Source: Tubulanus polymorphus (Eukaryota > Animalia > Nemertea). Taken from it: a DNA stretch of 64,000 nucleotides. Below, one piece after another: positions 38,990-52,834 of the stretch; the stretch's first letter is position 1, and every line of letters begins with the position of its first letter. The notes beneath the pieces are model-generated. The model was not told the origin of the DNA and did no database searches. It worked only from the letters and a program-made list of their open reading frames with translations. The stretch covers positions 9,884,850 through 9,948,849 of the forward strand of contig NC_134029.1 of NCBI RefSeq assembly GCF_964204645.1. The letters run 5' to 3'. Both the position numbers and the translations under genes were made by a program.

Positions 38990-41900
38990 CTGATGAGAAT
39001 CAAGTAATCTATTTTATATGGCCTTAAAAGAAATTGATGCTATCACTATCGCTCGAGTCATATTTCATAAAATAGTTTCAATACATTCGTGTTATAAAAC
39101 TTTGTTAACAGATCAAGGTGCAGATTTTAATGCAAAATTAATACTTGAATAATGCAAATTATACAATGCGACTTAAGTCAGGACATCTGCATATAATCAA
39201 GCGGATGGTCTAGTTGAGTGAGGGAACAAAGATATTTGCAATAGTCTGTTTCAATATACGGATGTATTTGCGAATCTACTGGTTATTCGCCATTTGAATT
39301 GATTCAAGGTAGGAAGGCGGTTCTACCGATTGATGTAACCTTGCTCTCTACTACATCTGATTTGACAGGTTCCTATAAAGAATATTATGAAGATGAAGAT
39401 CGGGAAAAACCAAGGTCGTCCACGAGATAGCCAGGCAGAATATCAATAAAGCACAAGCGCGTATGAAAGGCGATTATGATCGGGGATGTAAGGAACCAGA
39501 TTTTCAAGTCAATTAGTTTGGCCTTGCAATCTTTTTGTCCGAAATGGTCTCATAAGAAATTTGTGCACCACTATTTACGACCCTATAAAATATTACAGCA
39601 AACCAAGCCAGTGAATTATAAAGTCGTTCATACGAGAAAGAGTAATTATGTTCCCAAAATAGTTCATTACAATCAAATGAAATTGTATGTTGACCTAAGG
39701 GACAGACCCGTCGATTTATCATACGATAAGAACAAATCGTTACCTGACCCCAAAGTGGATGAAAGGAATCAGTCCCATTCCGATGATAATTTGGAACATG
39801 AATATTATATTTATACAGTAGAAAAGATTTTGAAAGCGCGCTATAATAAGGGGGGGAAAGAACAATTCTTAGTCAAATGGAAGAGTTATGGAATGAAAGA
39901 TTGCGCATGGGAGTTCAAAGATATTTCCATTGTAAAAATGCCCTTGGAGATATTTCGGAAGCAGAAGGAAGCAAAACGTCGGGTGTAACATGATTTTCCA
40001 TTTGAAATTTTAACTCACTATGTGTCCTGTACATTTTCAGGGACAAGACTTGTCATAATGATTCTTATACAGGGATCATTGGCGAGTGACACTGTAATAC
40101 GGCCAGGATATGGCGTGTTACTCCACAAAATTGGTGTGGTGGAGAATGGTGCAAGCATGTAGAAGCATACTTTTGTAGTCCCCTTTTTACAAGTACCCGA
40201 ATATAAGGCTTTAATCCGGACTGTGATTATCACAATGGCGGGGATGAACTTTGTAAAGTCGGTAGCGACTTGATGGCCTCTATGAGGACGCACCATAATG
40301 TCTTGGTTGACCAGATAGTGAAGGATATTAATACCATAAGAGATCTGATTCCAGTTACTATAACCAAAGCAGAAATAGCCAAGTCGAAGCGCCTGAAGAG
40401 AGCCTTAGGTCCATCATGGGAAAGTTCATGGAGAATTTCATTGGCCTAGCGACTGATGAGAATCTCCCTAAGCTCTCAAAATGCGTCACTGATGTGGAAA
40501 ATGTGGCTAAACTAAAGACGAAGCAAATGAAAACAATTTCAGACGAACTAACATAATAATCTGCCAAATAATTCTAGGAATATGGATCAGTTGGCGAAAG
40601 ATGTTGCTACTAATTTTCAAAACCAAAGTTATTATAATAGATGAATTCTACTAGTTGTCAAACAACTAATATTTGAGCATCAGTCAATGTTCTGGCTAAA
40701 AGTACACACGTTCTTCTCACCCTACTCTCCTCCCAGGGTTGCATCAGTACTGAACTCTGTATGACTCTTACAGGTACCACGTGATTATACCTAAAATAAA
40801 ATCGTTACAGTTCTCTGCTCTGAACCGAAAGAATGCATTATTGTTTGATCATTTTATAATCGTTGATAATCGAGGAACTCAGTAGTGTCGGGTGACATCG
40901 CCGGAACAACCAATGATAGACTTAACAAGTACCACGCAACAATGGCTTTTAGCCACTCAAAATCTTTTGGAGGGCTATCCCATGAAGTTTGTATCCCCAA
41001 TAGATTTGAAGAGGGTCTTCCAACACGTGTAAGAGTAACAGGCTAAGTTTGTTGGTTTCAACATCAATCATAATGAGTTAGGCTTTAACTATCAGGTTCA
41101 AGATATCGTGTTTACAAAGATAAACAACAATTTCTATATTACAGTTTTCATCCCATTATCCTCTACCAACGCCTTCTTCGGCTTATACAACATGATGGCT
41201 TTTCCTGTTCCTTGCGATTCTTTGTCAACTCACAGTACGTTTTTAAACAGGGTTACCCGATTATTTTGGTATTATGGACGATGGCAAGTTTTTACACTGA
41301 ACTTTGTCCAAATTCTATTTATCATGTTCAGGAAAAGATAACTAAAATCTTGCTCGACTGCAATGTAGATGACATTGCAAAATATTTCTAGCTGGGCATT
41401 GGCAATTTATAGTTAGTCGCAATTGTGCAATATCAGGTAGGACGTCTGCATTGTTCAAAGGCCCTGTGCCGGTTAAAGAAAGTTTGTATTTCATGTCGGG
41501 AAAGCCAGGGACATGGGATTGGATATGTCCACGGAAACCGGTACAAGCAATTAAAAGTGGCTTATTATGTTTATTGTTAGCGCCGATTAACGTCTTATAC
41601 TTTTGATCTTTGCCCACGAATAACGGCTTGTGCGGATGATGTGGCGCCTGTTAATTACTATAACATGAATCATCCGGTGGCATCACAAATTTATAACCAG
41701 GAACAGCTGGACGATATTTTTGGGGGACTGCAGTTACAAATTCTATGAAAATGGAACTTCCTAATTGTAAGTTGAAAATGGTTAACTGGTCCGGCCTGGT
41801 TGATTAGAACAAAAAGTTTTCATTGGATTTTAACAGGATGATAAATTACATCAAGAACGACGCTGCTATGTATGCGTCAAAGGCGGATGCTTTGGCCTCA

Positions 41901-43070
41901 AAATCAGACAAGTATCTTTCCTGACACGACGGGTGTCTTGAATATCGTGACCATCGCTCTGTCTTCGGATAGCACACTCTTGTCTCTTTATATCTTTATC
42001 AAAACTAGGAAGGTTTTCCGTATGATGGCGGTGGCAACATCGCTGCCTCTAGCGGAGGCGCTTACTGTCATTTGAAATAAACCCTATGAACGTACGTTAG
42101 TTTCTATCGACAGGGGTACCAATGAAACAGTTTTGGTTAAGATAGTTACAGAACCTTCAGATCTTTCAGACATTCCAATTTTGGAGGCCATACTCGTTTT
42201 GGGGTCCTTTTTAGTCTTACCGGTTTTGATCATGGATATCGTTCGGTTGACTATTCTGAAATGCTGCTCGCCATGGAGTAGTGTTTACCGATCTGATTTA
42301 CATTGTGTCATTTATCTAGAAAATTGTAATCTTAACGAGTCGCTTATGATACTGTTGGGCGATTGTCCATATCATCCGACAGAAATTGATAACTCTTGTC
42401 TTATGTAGCCAGATCCGGAAAGAGTGGGGTTGTATGGTCTTTATTCGCTATTGCTTACATTTTCATTGTACAGCAAGGTTACGGTAGATGGCCAGAAGGT
42501 GATGGATTTGCATTCAACAGAGCCTAGCTGAGGAATTTTGCAAGTTCTTCTGGTTACAGTTCAATGGGAAGACGATCCCAGTCAAAGGCATTGCAGATTT
42601 CTTTAAGGATTCTGCCGTGAAAAGGGTGCGGTGCCTTGGAAACTCGGCAAGAACGATGATATTGATTGGGAGGCCGAAATGCTAGAGGGGCATCAATCTA
42701 TTGTATCCCTCATTGTTGTCGAGACCTTGAGGTAGATTTCGAGAAGTTCATTCCATTAAATATTGATGGGAGGGGGGATGATTTCGATATTATAGGCGAA
42801 AAAGTCTATGCGTTCGGAATCTTTTCTACAGTTCACTTGCGTCGTCATCCCCATTCTGCCATAGGTCTCATTAAGTACGGTCGAGCGTCCAAAACCTTGC
42901 GTGATTGGCAATTTTATGAGCAGAATTTTTGCGCACTCCATTCAGCTTCAGATGTCACCGTCAGGTGGGACGCCACCAACTGGGAGCTTTGGTTGGAAGC
43001 CAAAACCCGTAATTATTACATGAAGCGGCCCTTTCATCATTCCGATTCGACCTGTGAAAATTCACCGTGA
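38990..43070 (+). mobile_element. Gypsy LTR retroelement A remnant: integrase, chromodomain, env-like ORF, extra 3' ORF
   Basis: LLTDQGADF integrase core, GPY/F-like region, chromodomain YTVEKILK..FLVKWKSY (~39810-39915); env with RLKR|ALG at 40390-40410. Confidence 0.82.
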
Positions 43071-43784
43071 CGACTGGGTAGGAAAAAAACAAATTCCATC
43101 GCAAATATCCTGATGTCCCAAAATTTTTTTCAAAATATAACCATTTAAAACTTCCTCATGTCCCGATATTGTCTATGAAATTTACAAAATCAAATAGATT
43201 TGTTGGAAAAATACAGTTATGGAAAAGAAGTCGCAGTATCAAAAACTATTGGTCCAAAATGTATTTATTAGGCTAGTATCTAGTAGGTGATGCCTATTTA
43301 CTTAGATGTTGATGTTTTTAGTTTTACAGGGTGACATTGACATATTTGTTAGGTGGGACGATGAAACGATAAACACAGCATCAAGATTGTCAAATTACTG
43401 ACATGAAATATGGCTTCAAAAAGGGCGCAAGAATTAAAATGTGGTGTTAACCTGAAAATTCATGGTACTTCGGTACTAACGTCGACAGTGAATTGCAAAT
43501 TTCAGATGATTCTGATGATGACATGCCATTAAACCAATTGAAGAAGGATGTAATCTATGAAGCAATAAAAATACGAATGCCACACTCAGGGTTTCAGGCC
43601 AGGGTCATTTCAACATCCCCAATGACCTTAATTCCGTGCAACCCATGGACCTAGATGGGATTCACATCGGAGATCGAATAATTGTGTTTCCGGAACAAAT
43701 AAGTGAAGCACAGAGCTATATAGTAGATGTATTTACGGCTTGTGTGAAATGTATGCGGCTGATGTGACATGAACATTTTCTGCT

Positions 43785-46700
43785 ATGCCCCATCTGTTAT
43801 CCTCCAGAATCAATAACCACAATAGCCCCGATATCATAGTTCTATCGGATTCTACACCGACCGAAACAGATCACGATGCCTCCGATTCTGAAACGGTCAT
43901 GCTTATATATCCTGAAACAGCCACCGATGAGCTCGATATTGATATTGATCAACCCAAGAGTTACTCCAAGGGAAAGGCGAGAAAATTTGGCTGGTCAGGA
44001 AAACTTGAAACAGATCAAAGCCAGGCACCTTATTGTGAAAAACAACCGCAATCAGGAGAAACATTATGAGACAGAGAAATCAAGTCCATCCACAAACTTC
44101 AGCCTCGCTGGTGCTAAGAGAGATGCCAACTGGTAGACTCTTAATGTCATCTTAATGACCACCAAAGGGAAAAAATTTTCCTGGAATATTATAGCTGAGG
44201 CGTTCTAAAAACTCAGCGCCAATTGATCCAGCGCAACATTGAAGCAACAACTTTCAAACACCCTATAGAACGCAAAACAGTTCCCTTCCTCTTTTTCTTC
44301 CTGGCAAAAATGGTAACCTTTTGAAAGTGTATAGGCGCATGTTTTTGAATACAGAAAAAGCTGTAAGGACCGTAATACAGGAGACAAATGAAATTTCCAG
44401 ATAAGATAAGAGTTTAATTTGTGGGGGAGGGGGGGGGGGAGAGTTAAGTGCTGGCCGCTTTATCCATGTACTTAAAAGGGCGTGTCAGAGAGTACTTTAA
44501 TGATCTAAGATCGAATCCTCTGCTTGATGCGGAAAATAAGGTAATGGAAAGATCTTTGGAAGAAGTTTCTAACCTTTAAAGAAAATTCAAAAATAAGGAC
44601 ATGCAATTTGTTACACAGCAACAATTCTATATGTTGAAAATGAACAAAGGTGAGTCACTTGACTCGTACATTCGGAGGTTACTTTACTTGGCTGGTAAAC
44701 TTGAAAAAGTAAACTTGAAGAAGTCAGGTGAGGACCTGTTACAACCATTTCTTCATGGTGTATTACCCAAAGGCTTTCGTAATTGGGAAATGCCCAATAG
44801 ATTTTAATCAGGCGATCACTTACGCCAGACTATAACAGGAGATAGAAAAAATATCTCCGGCACGGGCATCAATTAGATCTTTAGATTTAGACTATTCACA
44901 CCAGGTAGCGCTAGAACAGGAAGTAAAGGGTCTGAATGAAAAGTTAACTGAGTTATTAAAATTACAGAAAATGGGCATGAGGCCATCAGCTGATAATCGA
45001 TTTGATCGTTTCAGAGAGTGTTCAGTCTATCAAAATAATATACGTGAACCACCCACCAGGAAATAGAACGCACGCAATGAACAGTGTATATGAATTTTAA
45101 GCCAATGGTTATGTAAATGAAAGTAAAATTACGGTGTTACTTTTTTCCAGATATCTTACGTATTTCATTTAATTCAAAATCCGGGAAATGTTTTTCCATA
45201 ACGTTTAAATGAATATCATTTCTTACACGAATTAAAGTCATCATATTGTTCATTTACTTGCTTTTTCGGTAAATCACGCCAGAATTAATTTTCAACAATC
45301 TTTGGCGGAACACTGACTGCTTTGTGGCCTGCTATTTTGAAGTTCTATCAGCTAACGCCATCTATGTAGAATCGAAAATGGCGTCTGGTGTGGATAATTC
45401 TGTGATGTCTGATGCCGAGTTTTCTTCAGATCCATCATCTCAATCTGAGCCTAGTGACACGCACCATTCTGAACTTGAGACAACGTACAGGAGGTCCCGC
45501 CAAAAAAACATTTGATTTTGATAGATGAAATTTTGATGTTTGTGTATTGTTAACCCTTTCAGTGCGTCTACACCGCAGTGTGGTGTATAAATCGGTGATG
45601 GATTTTGCTAGTACACCGCACGGTGGTGTATTGATTTAATTAGTAATTAGTAATTATCTCTCTTGAAAGATGGCAGCAACTGTCAAACATAGTGAAATAC
45701 TAGTAACTAACGATACACTGCGCTGCGGTGTAGACACACTATAGTGGTACGCCCGTTATTCAACACACTAGGGTGGAATTTCCCAAATTTTCACATTTTC
45801 ATAAGCACTATAGGGTATTAATTAGTCAGCACGGAAAGGGTTAAGGAAACTACCAATTTTTCATGAAGATTACCAGTTAAAAGGTTGGTTCCTTAGAAAT
45901 TTCTGAAAATACTTAAAATTTAGATATGTGTTACTTGGAAAAAAAAGTTCAGGGTTGGCAGGTCTGCATAAGTGATGGAGATATACATAATGAAAGTGTT
46001 TCTAGTTTAAGCTCATACTCTGAAGAGGAAATAATCTTAAGATTCTAAAGTCAAATAAGGAATTAGAACAAAAGTTTATACGAAATGAATGTGAACTTGG
46101 AACTAAGAAAATTGAAAAAAATGCAAGATTCGATAAAATGTCCGAAACAAATGCAAAGGTCCAAAACGCCTCTAAGATAACTCATGAACCAAAATTGTGG
46201 AATCCAGGAGAATAGTTTAAAGGGTTTGATGAATATTTAAAAGGAGCATGTACACGAAAGCAATGTGAAATCAAACCTGCGAGAATTGAAAAAACATGTA
46301 AAGCTTTAGGTCTGGAAATGAAATCCTAAATGATAATTCTCAATTTTTGATTGATGTTTCTGCCAGAACTGTTGCCTAGCTTCTAGCCATCCCAGGTTAG
46401 AGTTTCGAAATAAATGCTAGGCAGCTGTTACTGACCATCAACTAGTCGAGTGTGAAGATTCTCAAGCCGTAATAGGCAAGGTTACCAAATCTTTACAGGA
46501 ACAGTTATTTACCTATAACTACGCTGCAATCCATACTTATTCCAGTAAGGAGTGATAACCATCCAATCATATCAGCACCTGTAGCCAGTACTGTTAATGG
46601 GAAAACAGAGAACACCCCCTACTATGTTTTGATTGACAGCGGAACCATGATCTGGGTAATGGACAGCGAATGGAAGCAAATGGAAGCCCTATATCTTTAG

Positions 46701-47640
46701 AAGGTACGGTAGATATACCTTTAAGATAAACAGTTATTTTGGCAAGCCCTATACAACAGACTTTGATATTAGGATTTGATTTCATGAATGAGAAAAGGGT
46801 TGTATTAGATTTCGGTTCAGGAAGTATGTCAATATATAATGGTCACCCAATAAGACTACAAAATTAAGTTGGCTTAGGTCATCAAGCAAGGGTGAGAACA
46901 GTTAATGAAATAATAGTACCACCAAAATCACAGTATGATATCAGAGGTAAACTCTAGAATTATCTATCTGATAGTAGTCACGTTCTTTTAGTACCAGAAT
47001 GCTATCTTGGATCGCGGTATGATCTTCACAGTGGTGAGTCAGTAGTCAAAGTAGGCAATAAGTACCGTTAACACTATACAACTTTACCGGATGAAATGAA
47101 GGAATAACAAGAGCAAAGGTACCCTGGGAACATACAATACACACTGGTTCAGCTTCCCCAGTTAGATTGAAACCATATAGACCCGCTATTGCATTAAGAG
47201 AAGTTGAAGATAATTTAATCAGAGAGTAAGCCAACTAAGGAATCATTCAGGAATCAACTTCCCAAATGGACATCTCGCTTTCCTTATATACTAGTACGAA
47301 AAACTTCAGTGAACGCTGATAATACGCCAGCATACCATTTGGTTCATGACTACCGTCAGCTCAATCAAGTAACAAAAATTGACTTATTCCCTGGACCTAC
47401 ATTGAATGAAATATTTACTAATATCGGAAAAAGAAAAGGCAAAATATTTACAAGTCTAGATTTACATTCGGTATATTTGCAGATTCCTATTCATTCAGAT
47501 TCTATAGATAAGACTGCTTTTGTTTGCAATAGTGAAAAATGGGAATATTTAATGATGCCACAAGGGTTAGGAGCACCGGCTACATTTTGGCGGAATATTA
47601 AATGAGTTTTATTTTTGTAGAGAATGAAATATTTTGTGAG
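43785..47640 (+). mobile_element. Gypsy LTR retroelement B remnant: gag, protease, RT 5' half
   Basis: gag MNKGESLDSYIRRL..FLHG; protease VLIDSG; RT PYRP..LVHDYRQLN..FTSLDLHSVYLQIP..MPQGL; truncated just before YxDD. Confidence 0.85.
45554..45840. mobile_element. piggyBac MITE (same family as 27601-27843)
   Basis: TTAA|CCCTTTCAGTG...CACGGAAAGGG|TTAA; shares the internal CACTATAGTGG / CACTATAGGGTATT blocks. Confidence 0.88.
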
Positions 47641-47644
47641 ATCA

Positions 47645-49390
47645 TGCGGAGTCACGTGTTACTTATCAGTTGTCAGTTACTCCTTGCCTCCTCCCCTCTT
47701 GACAACGTGGTTTAGCATTCGGTCGCGATCCTAGAGAGCGTAGAGGCATGTGTAGGATACTTCGTTATTTTCACTGACTTCAATTCATTATTTTCATTGA
47801 CTGCAATTTGTTTTACTGAATTCATTTCGTTTACCTTTATTTCAATCATTCAAGGTTAGTGCATAAATTTGAAGTCGATTATGCTGATTGACGTACTTAT
47901 TATGGGTCTCTCCATTGTGCATCGTCTCAAGACCTTCGAGCAGGAGCGCTTTTCCAATCTAGGTCTAGACCCAGGTGTGGTAAAATTGCATTTTTTAGGT
48001 TTTGGAGGCGCCACAGTTTTACCGGATGTAAAATCAATCCAACGGTGCCCGCCGAGTTTTTGGTTCAAAATTTGACGTAGTATTCCTCCACTTAGGCGGA
48101 AACGATTTAGCCCGTTCAGACCCAAAAAGCTTGGCCTTTTCTTTGGTTGCATTGAGCAATTTTCTGTGCAGCACGTACAGCCTCACACACTTCTTAATTG
48201 GTCAGTTGCTCATGCGAAGCTAATAGTATTCAACAAAACCGCAAAACGTTTAATGTGTGAATCCTCAAATATAACTTTTTGGCAACACAGGGGCTTTTGT
48301 GCTGATATCCGGCCTTTTCTTCTGAGAGATGGTGTACATTTAAATGCAAAAGGCATGAAAAAATATGCTTTTAGCGTGAAGGCAGCTATTGGCCACGCCA
48401 CAAAGAAATACTTCTAATAGCTTGGTTTGAAGCAAGATACATCGTCTATTTGTCATCAATAAGTCTATACATTTATTTCAATTTGATTATGAATTTTTCT
48501 TTTTAAACATCTGACATGCATTTATGCAATTTTTCTATACATGTGTTTTGGATTTTTTTACTTCAACGTACCCTCTGTTCTCAGGGGGTGGCATGTACTT
48601 TACCTATACACGTGTTTTGGGGTTTTTACCTCAACATACAGGGGGTGGCATGTATTCTATACATACTACATATAAATATACATACTCCATCTATGTAACG
48701 TGTTTTTCTCTCAAAGGACGTTATTTCATGATATACGCTTTCGGCCAAGATGCTGTTCAATTTTCTGTTTTTTTCTCTATTTGCTTATCTTTTAGATGCC
48801 GAGAGCCACGAGAGCTAAGCGCGCAGTCATCAATAGACAAAAAGCCCTCGTTTTGCTCTGCTTACTGTTGAAGCGGTTGCCACCCCCGTCAACCCCAGGG
48901 ACCAACCAACTAACAACTAACCAACCAACATTCAACCAGATGCAAATGCCGTCGCGGATATCCTCATACAAAGCCTCATCGATAGTCATGTGCTACCTAC
49001 ACGCGACGCCACACAGAGCCACTTCCCCCCCCGACACAGGTAGAGAATCCTTCCAATCCTGGCGACGTCAAACAGAACTTCTTCTCGACACCTGTGGAGA
49101 ATCCTCCCAATCCTGGATGCCAGGCAGTATGCACCATGGCTGAACAGACTGCCAACTATACCACCAGCCAGCTACAAAATATAGTACAATTCCTGTTCAC
49201 CAGGTCCGTCGCTCCTTCCACCAGGGCAGCATATCGTCGCGCGGTTGAGCATTTTCAGAAATTCTTGGTGAACGTCGGCCACCAGGAGCCCTACTTTCCA
49301 ACTTCTGAAGATACTATATCTCAATTTATAGCGCATCTGTTTCTGTCAGGTTACAGCAATCCCTCTATTTTGTCATACATTTCAATAATT
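47645..49390 (+). mobile_element. Ngaro/DIRS-related element: SGNH hydrolase + small ORF + tyrosine recombinase N-terminus
   Basis: SGNH motifs IMGLSIVHRL and FWQHRGF..RDGVHLN (47880-48417); YR N-terminal domain SVAPSTRAAYRRA..ISQFIAHL..SILSYIS (49136-49390). Confidence 0.72.
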
Positions 49391-52300
49391 CAGAGTTAAC
49401 TGATTCGAATCTGAATAGGAATTTTAGGGTAGCAGATAATAAAATAATCTTCAGCACTGAGGGTACTTCCAGTAAAGAGTTGTATACTAAGGATGAACAA
49501 AGTAAAACTATAATTGATTCGTACAAAAAAGACACAAATTCCTTCATCAATAATGATAGTATTCGAAAATTTTCTACAAATGATGCTGAGGCTGATCTTG
49601 CCTAAAAATGAACAGGGAACCTGTTAAATTTGACCCCGGGGAGGATATTCAAGGGCTCTGCAGATGGGCAGCTAAAAGAAACTGAGATATATTAAATGTG
49701 CACGTCAGAACCAAATAATTGAAAACTGTTGGGGTGAGAAAAAAGAGGTCGCCTGTATGCCAAAGGTCTGGAGAGAAAATACTTCATGATTTGGCTAACT
49801 TTTTAGATTGCGTGACTAAGGTTAATACAGGACATTTAATTGACAATTCTACCCTAGATTTTGAAAATAAATGTAGAATTTTCATTAAGGAACTGACGAC
49901 TGTTGAGTGTGCGGACCCTTTTGACCAAAATATTTTGAAGGAACTAAACACACTGTTAGAACGGTTAGTGAAATTGGGTAAAAATGATAAAAGTATGGAG
50001 CAAGCAAATGAACAGAACACCACCATACTAGCTTCCGTTGCCAGCACTGTTCCGGCAAAAATTACTAATGGCTGTTATAATGTTCTGATAGACAGTGGAG
50101 CTATGATTTTCGTTATGGATAGCCAAATTTATCATAAATCCCCATCATTGAAAACTATTCTGATTAAAGAAGGACAACTTAGGGTCGCTCACTCTGCAAA
50201 CGGTTCTCCTAATTAGAGGGAACTGTAGAAATTCCGATTCAGATAGGTCAAGAAAAGTTTAGACAGATGGTTTATTTAGCAACTCCACTACAACAAAAGT
50301 TTATATTGGGCCTAGATTTTAGGAACGAAAAAAGAATTCAGTTAGATTTTTGAACAGGGACAATGTCCTTAGATAATGGTTATCCAATACAGCTACAAAA
50401 ACAGGTTGGCCTCGGTCATCAGGCCAAGGTTACGGCAATTAGCGATATCACAATCACAATGTAACATAAGCGGCAAACTAAGTGAGTATCATGCAGATCA
50501 TAACTATGTTCTCTTCGAACCGGATGTATATTTGAAAACCCACTACAATATCAACAGTGACAAATGTATTGTGGAAGTTCATAAGAAACAAGTACCACTA
50601 AAATTATACAATACTACCAAGATACCTCTGAATATTAGGAAGGGTACAGCCATAGGTTTTGTAACATTGGACTATTCGGCGGTTTCACAAGATTTATTCG
50701 ACCAAATACATCAATTAAATGAACAATCTTATATCAAAGATAATAGTCCCTTAGCAGATAATAACTTAGACATTGACGTGACCAATTCCGACCTGAGTCT
50801 GAATGGTAGAGAGAAATTGAAAGCTTTACTCGAGGAATATTGAGACATTTTTGCAAAAGATAGTGGGGAGCTTACACGAGCTAATGTGCCATGGCAACAC
50901 CGGATCCATACCGGTGTAACACCACCTATCAGGCTTAGACCTTATAGACCTCCAGTTGCACTGAGGGAGGTCGAAGATAAAGATAAACTAGTTAAAAATT
51001 TGGCTGAACAAGGCATCGTCAGGGAGTCCACGTCTGAATGGGCATCTCTGTGTATATTAGTACGCAAGGGGGGCAAAACAAATCCTGATGGCTCACCGTC
51101 TTATCGGTTGGTTCATGATTATCGCCAATTGAATAAGGCAACTAAAATTGATACGATTCCTGGACCAACTATAGCACAGATATTTACAAATATAGGAAAA
51201 AGGAAGGGTCGAATATTTACGACTCTTGATCTACATTCAGGGTACTTCCAAATACCCATGCACCCTGATTCAATAGAGAAAACAATGTGCAATAGTGGTA
51301 CGTGGGAGTATTTGAAAATGGCTCAAGGTCTGGCAGGAGCACCAGGCACCTTTTGGAGAAATATTACATATGTTCTTAGGGATGTGTTACACGATATTTG
51401 CGAGGTTTTCCTCAGGGTTTTACAGATCGTTCATCAAGGATTATGGAACTATATCTAAACCTTTAACTGCACTTTTGCAGAAAGATATTAAATTTGTGTG
51501 GTCAAAAGAGTGTCAAACAGCTTTTGAAACGCTTAAGGCTTCTCTTCAAACTCCGCCCATTCTCAAGTTCCCAGACTTGAAAACCATTTATTCTACAAAC
51601 TGATGCAAGTAATTTCGCATGTGTATGGTATTGAGTTAAGTCGCTGAGGATGGAAAGGAACACCCAATCGAGTGCGCCTCAAAACAGTTTAATAAAGCAG
51701 AATTGAAATGCAACACCACACGCAAAGAATTGGCTGCTATATTATATGGAGTTCGTCATTTTAGACCATTCTTATACGGTCGACAATTCATTATACAAAC
51801 TGACCACATAAGTTAATCGTTTCTACAGAGGATGAAGAATCCTACTCCACAACTGTTGCGTATCCTTGATGAATTATCCAAATATGATTTTCAAATTAAA
51901 TATAAATCTGGTCGCATTCATGGAAATGCCGATGGTTTTAGTAGAATGAAGTTTGACGATCCTATAGATGATTTTGCCGTCGTATCTGAAGTAGACGTGG
52001 ATTCAGTTCTCAAAGAACAAATGGAAGACAGACATTTCGCTGACATCATTAGCTACTTGACTAGCGGTATATTACCGATTGATAACATGGACGACGCAAG
52101 AACTGTTCTACTGTCAGCCGATCAATATACACTGAATGATAAAGAGGTATTGTATCATATTCCAAGGCCCGCTAAGAACCAGAATGGCGATTACTTCCTA
52201 CAGCTTGTCGTCCCAGAGTCACTTAAATTAGACATTCTGAAATTCATGCATAATGAGCGTATTTCAGGTAATTTCGGAATACCTAAAACTTACTCAAGAA

Positions 52301-52834
52301 TATCCAAATTATTATTGGAAGAATATGTGTAGAGATGTAAAACACTTTGTTTACAGTTGCTTGCAACCAACGTAAGAAACCTAGTAAACCTGTACGTGCT
52401 CCAGTCCAGCCTCAGGATATCCCTGAAGGACCATTTGTAAAAATTTCAGTAGATTGTGTTGGACCTATTACGAAGATGGTATGACGCAAATTGCAGTTTT
52501 CGTTTGTAACTTCACACGATACCGTGAGGCATTCGCTGTTCCGGATACCACAGCACCTACAATAGCCAGGGTCATGTATGACCAAATTCTTCTCAGATAT
52601 GGCTTCTCGCCGGGTGAATTATTAAGTGACCGGGGAAGCAATTTTCTTAGTGAAATGGTCGAAGAAATTTTGAAGCGAGCAAAGATTAAACATAAAAGAA
52701 CTGCGTCATTTAAACCAAAATGCAATGGTCTGTGTGAAGTGACAAACAAAACTATAAAAACGCTCCTTTCCATGATGATTTCTGAGAAACATACCGATTG
52801 GACCAAATATCTAAGGGCCGCAATATTTGCGTAT

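Noticed and set aside
40358-40567. ORF starting MADYY resembling the WBP4 N-terminus
   Set aside because: Starts at TTG, lacks WKS/CxxC, and is antisense to the env fusion-peptide region.
45324-45515. Acidic ORF start resembling another transposase N-terminus (similar scrap at ~43500)
   Set aside because: Too short, no catalytic motifs; not counted in the strand tally.
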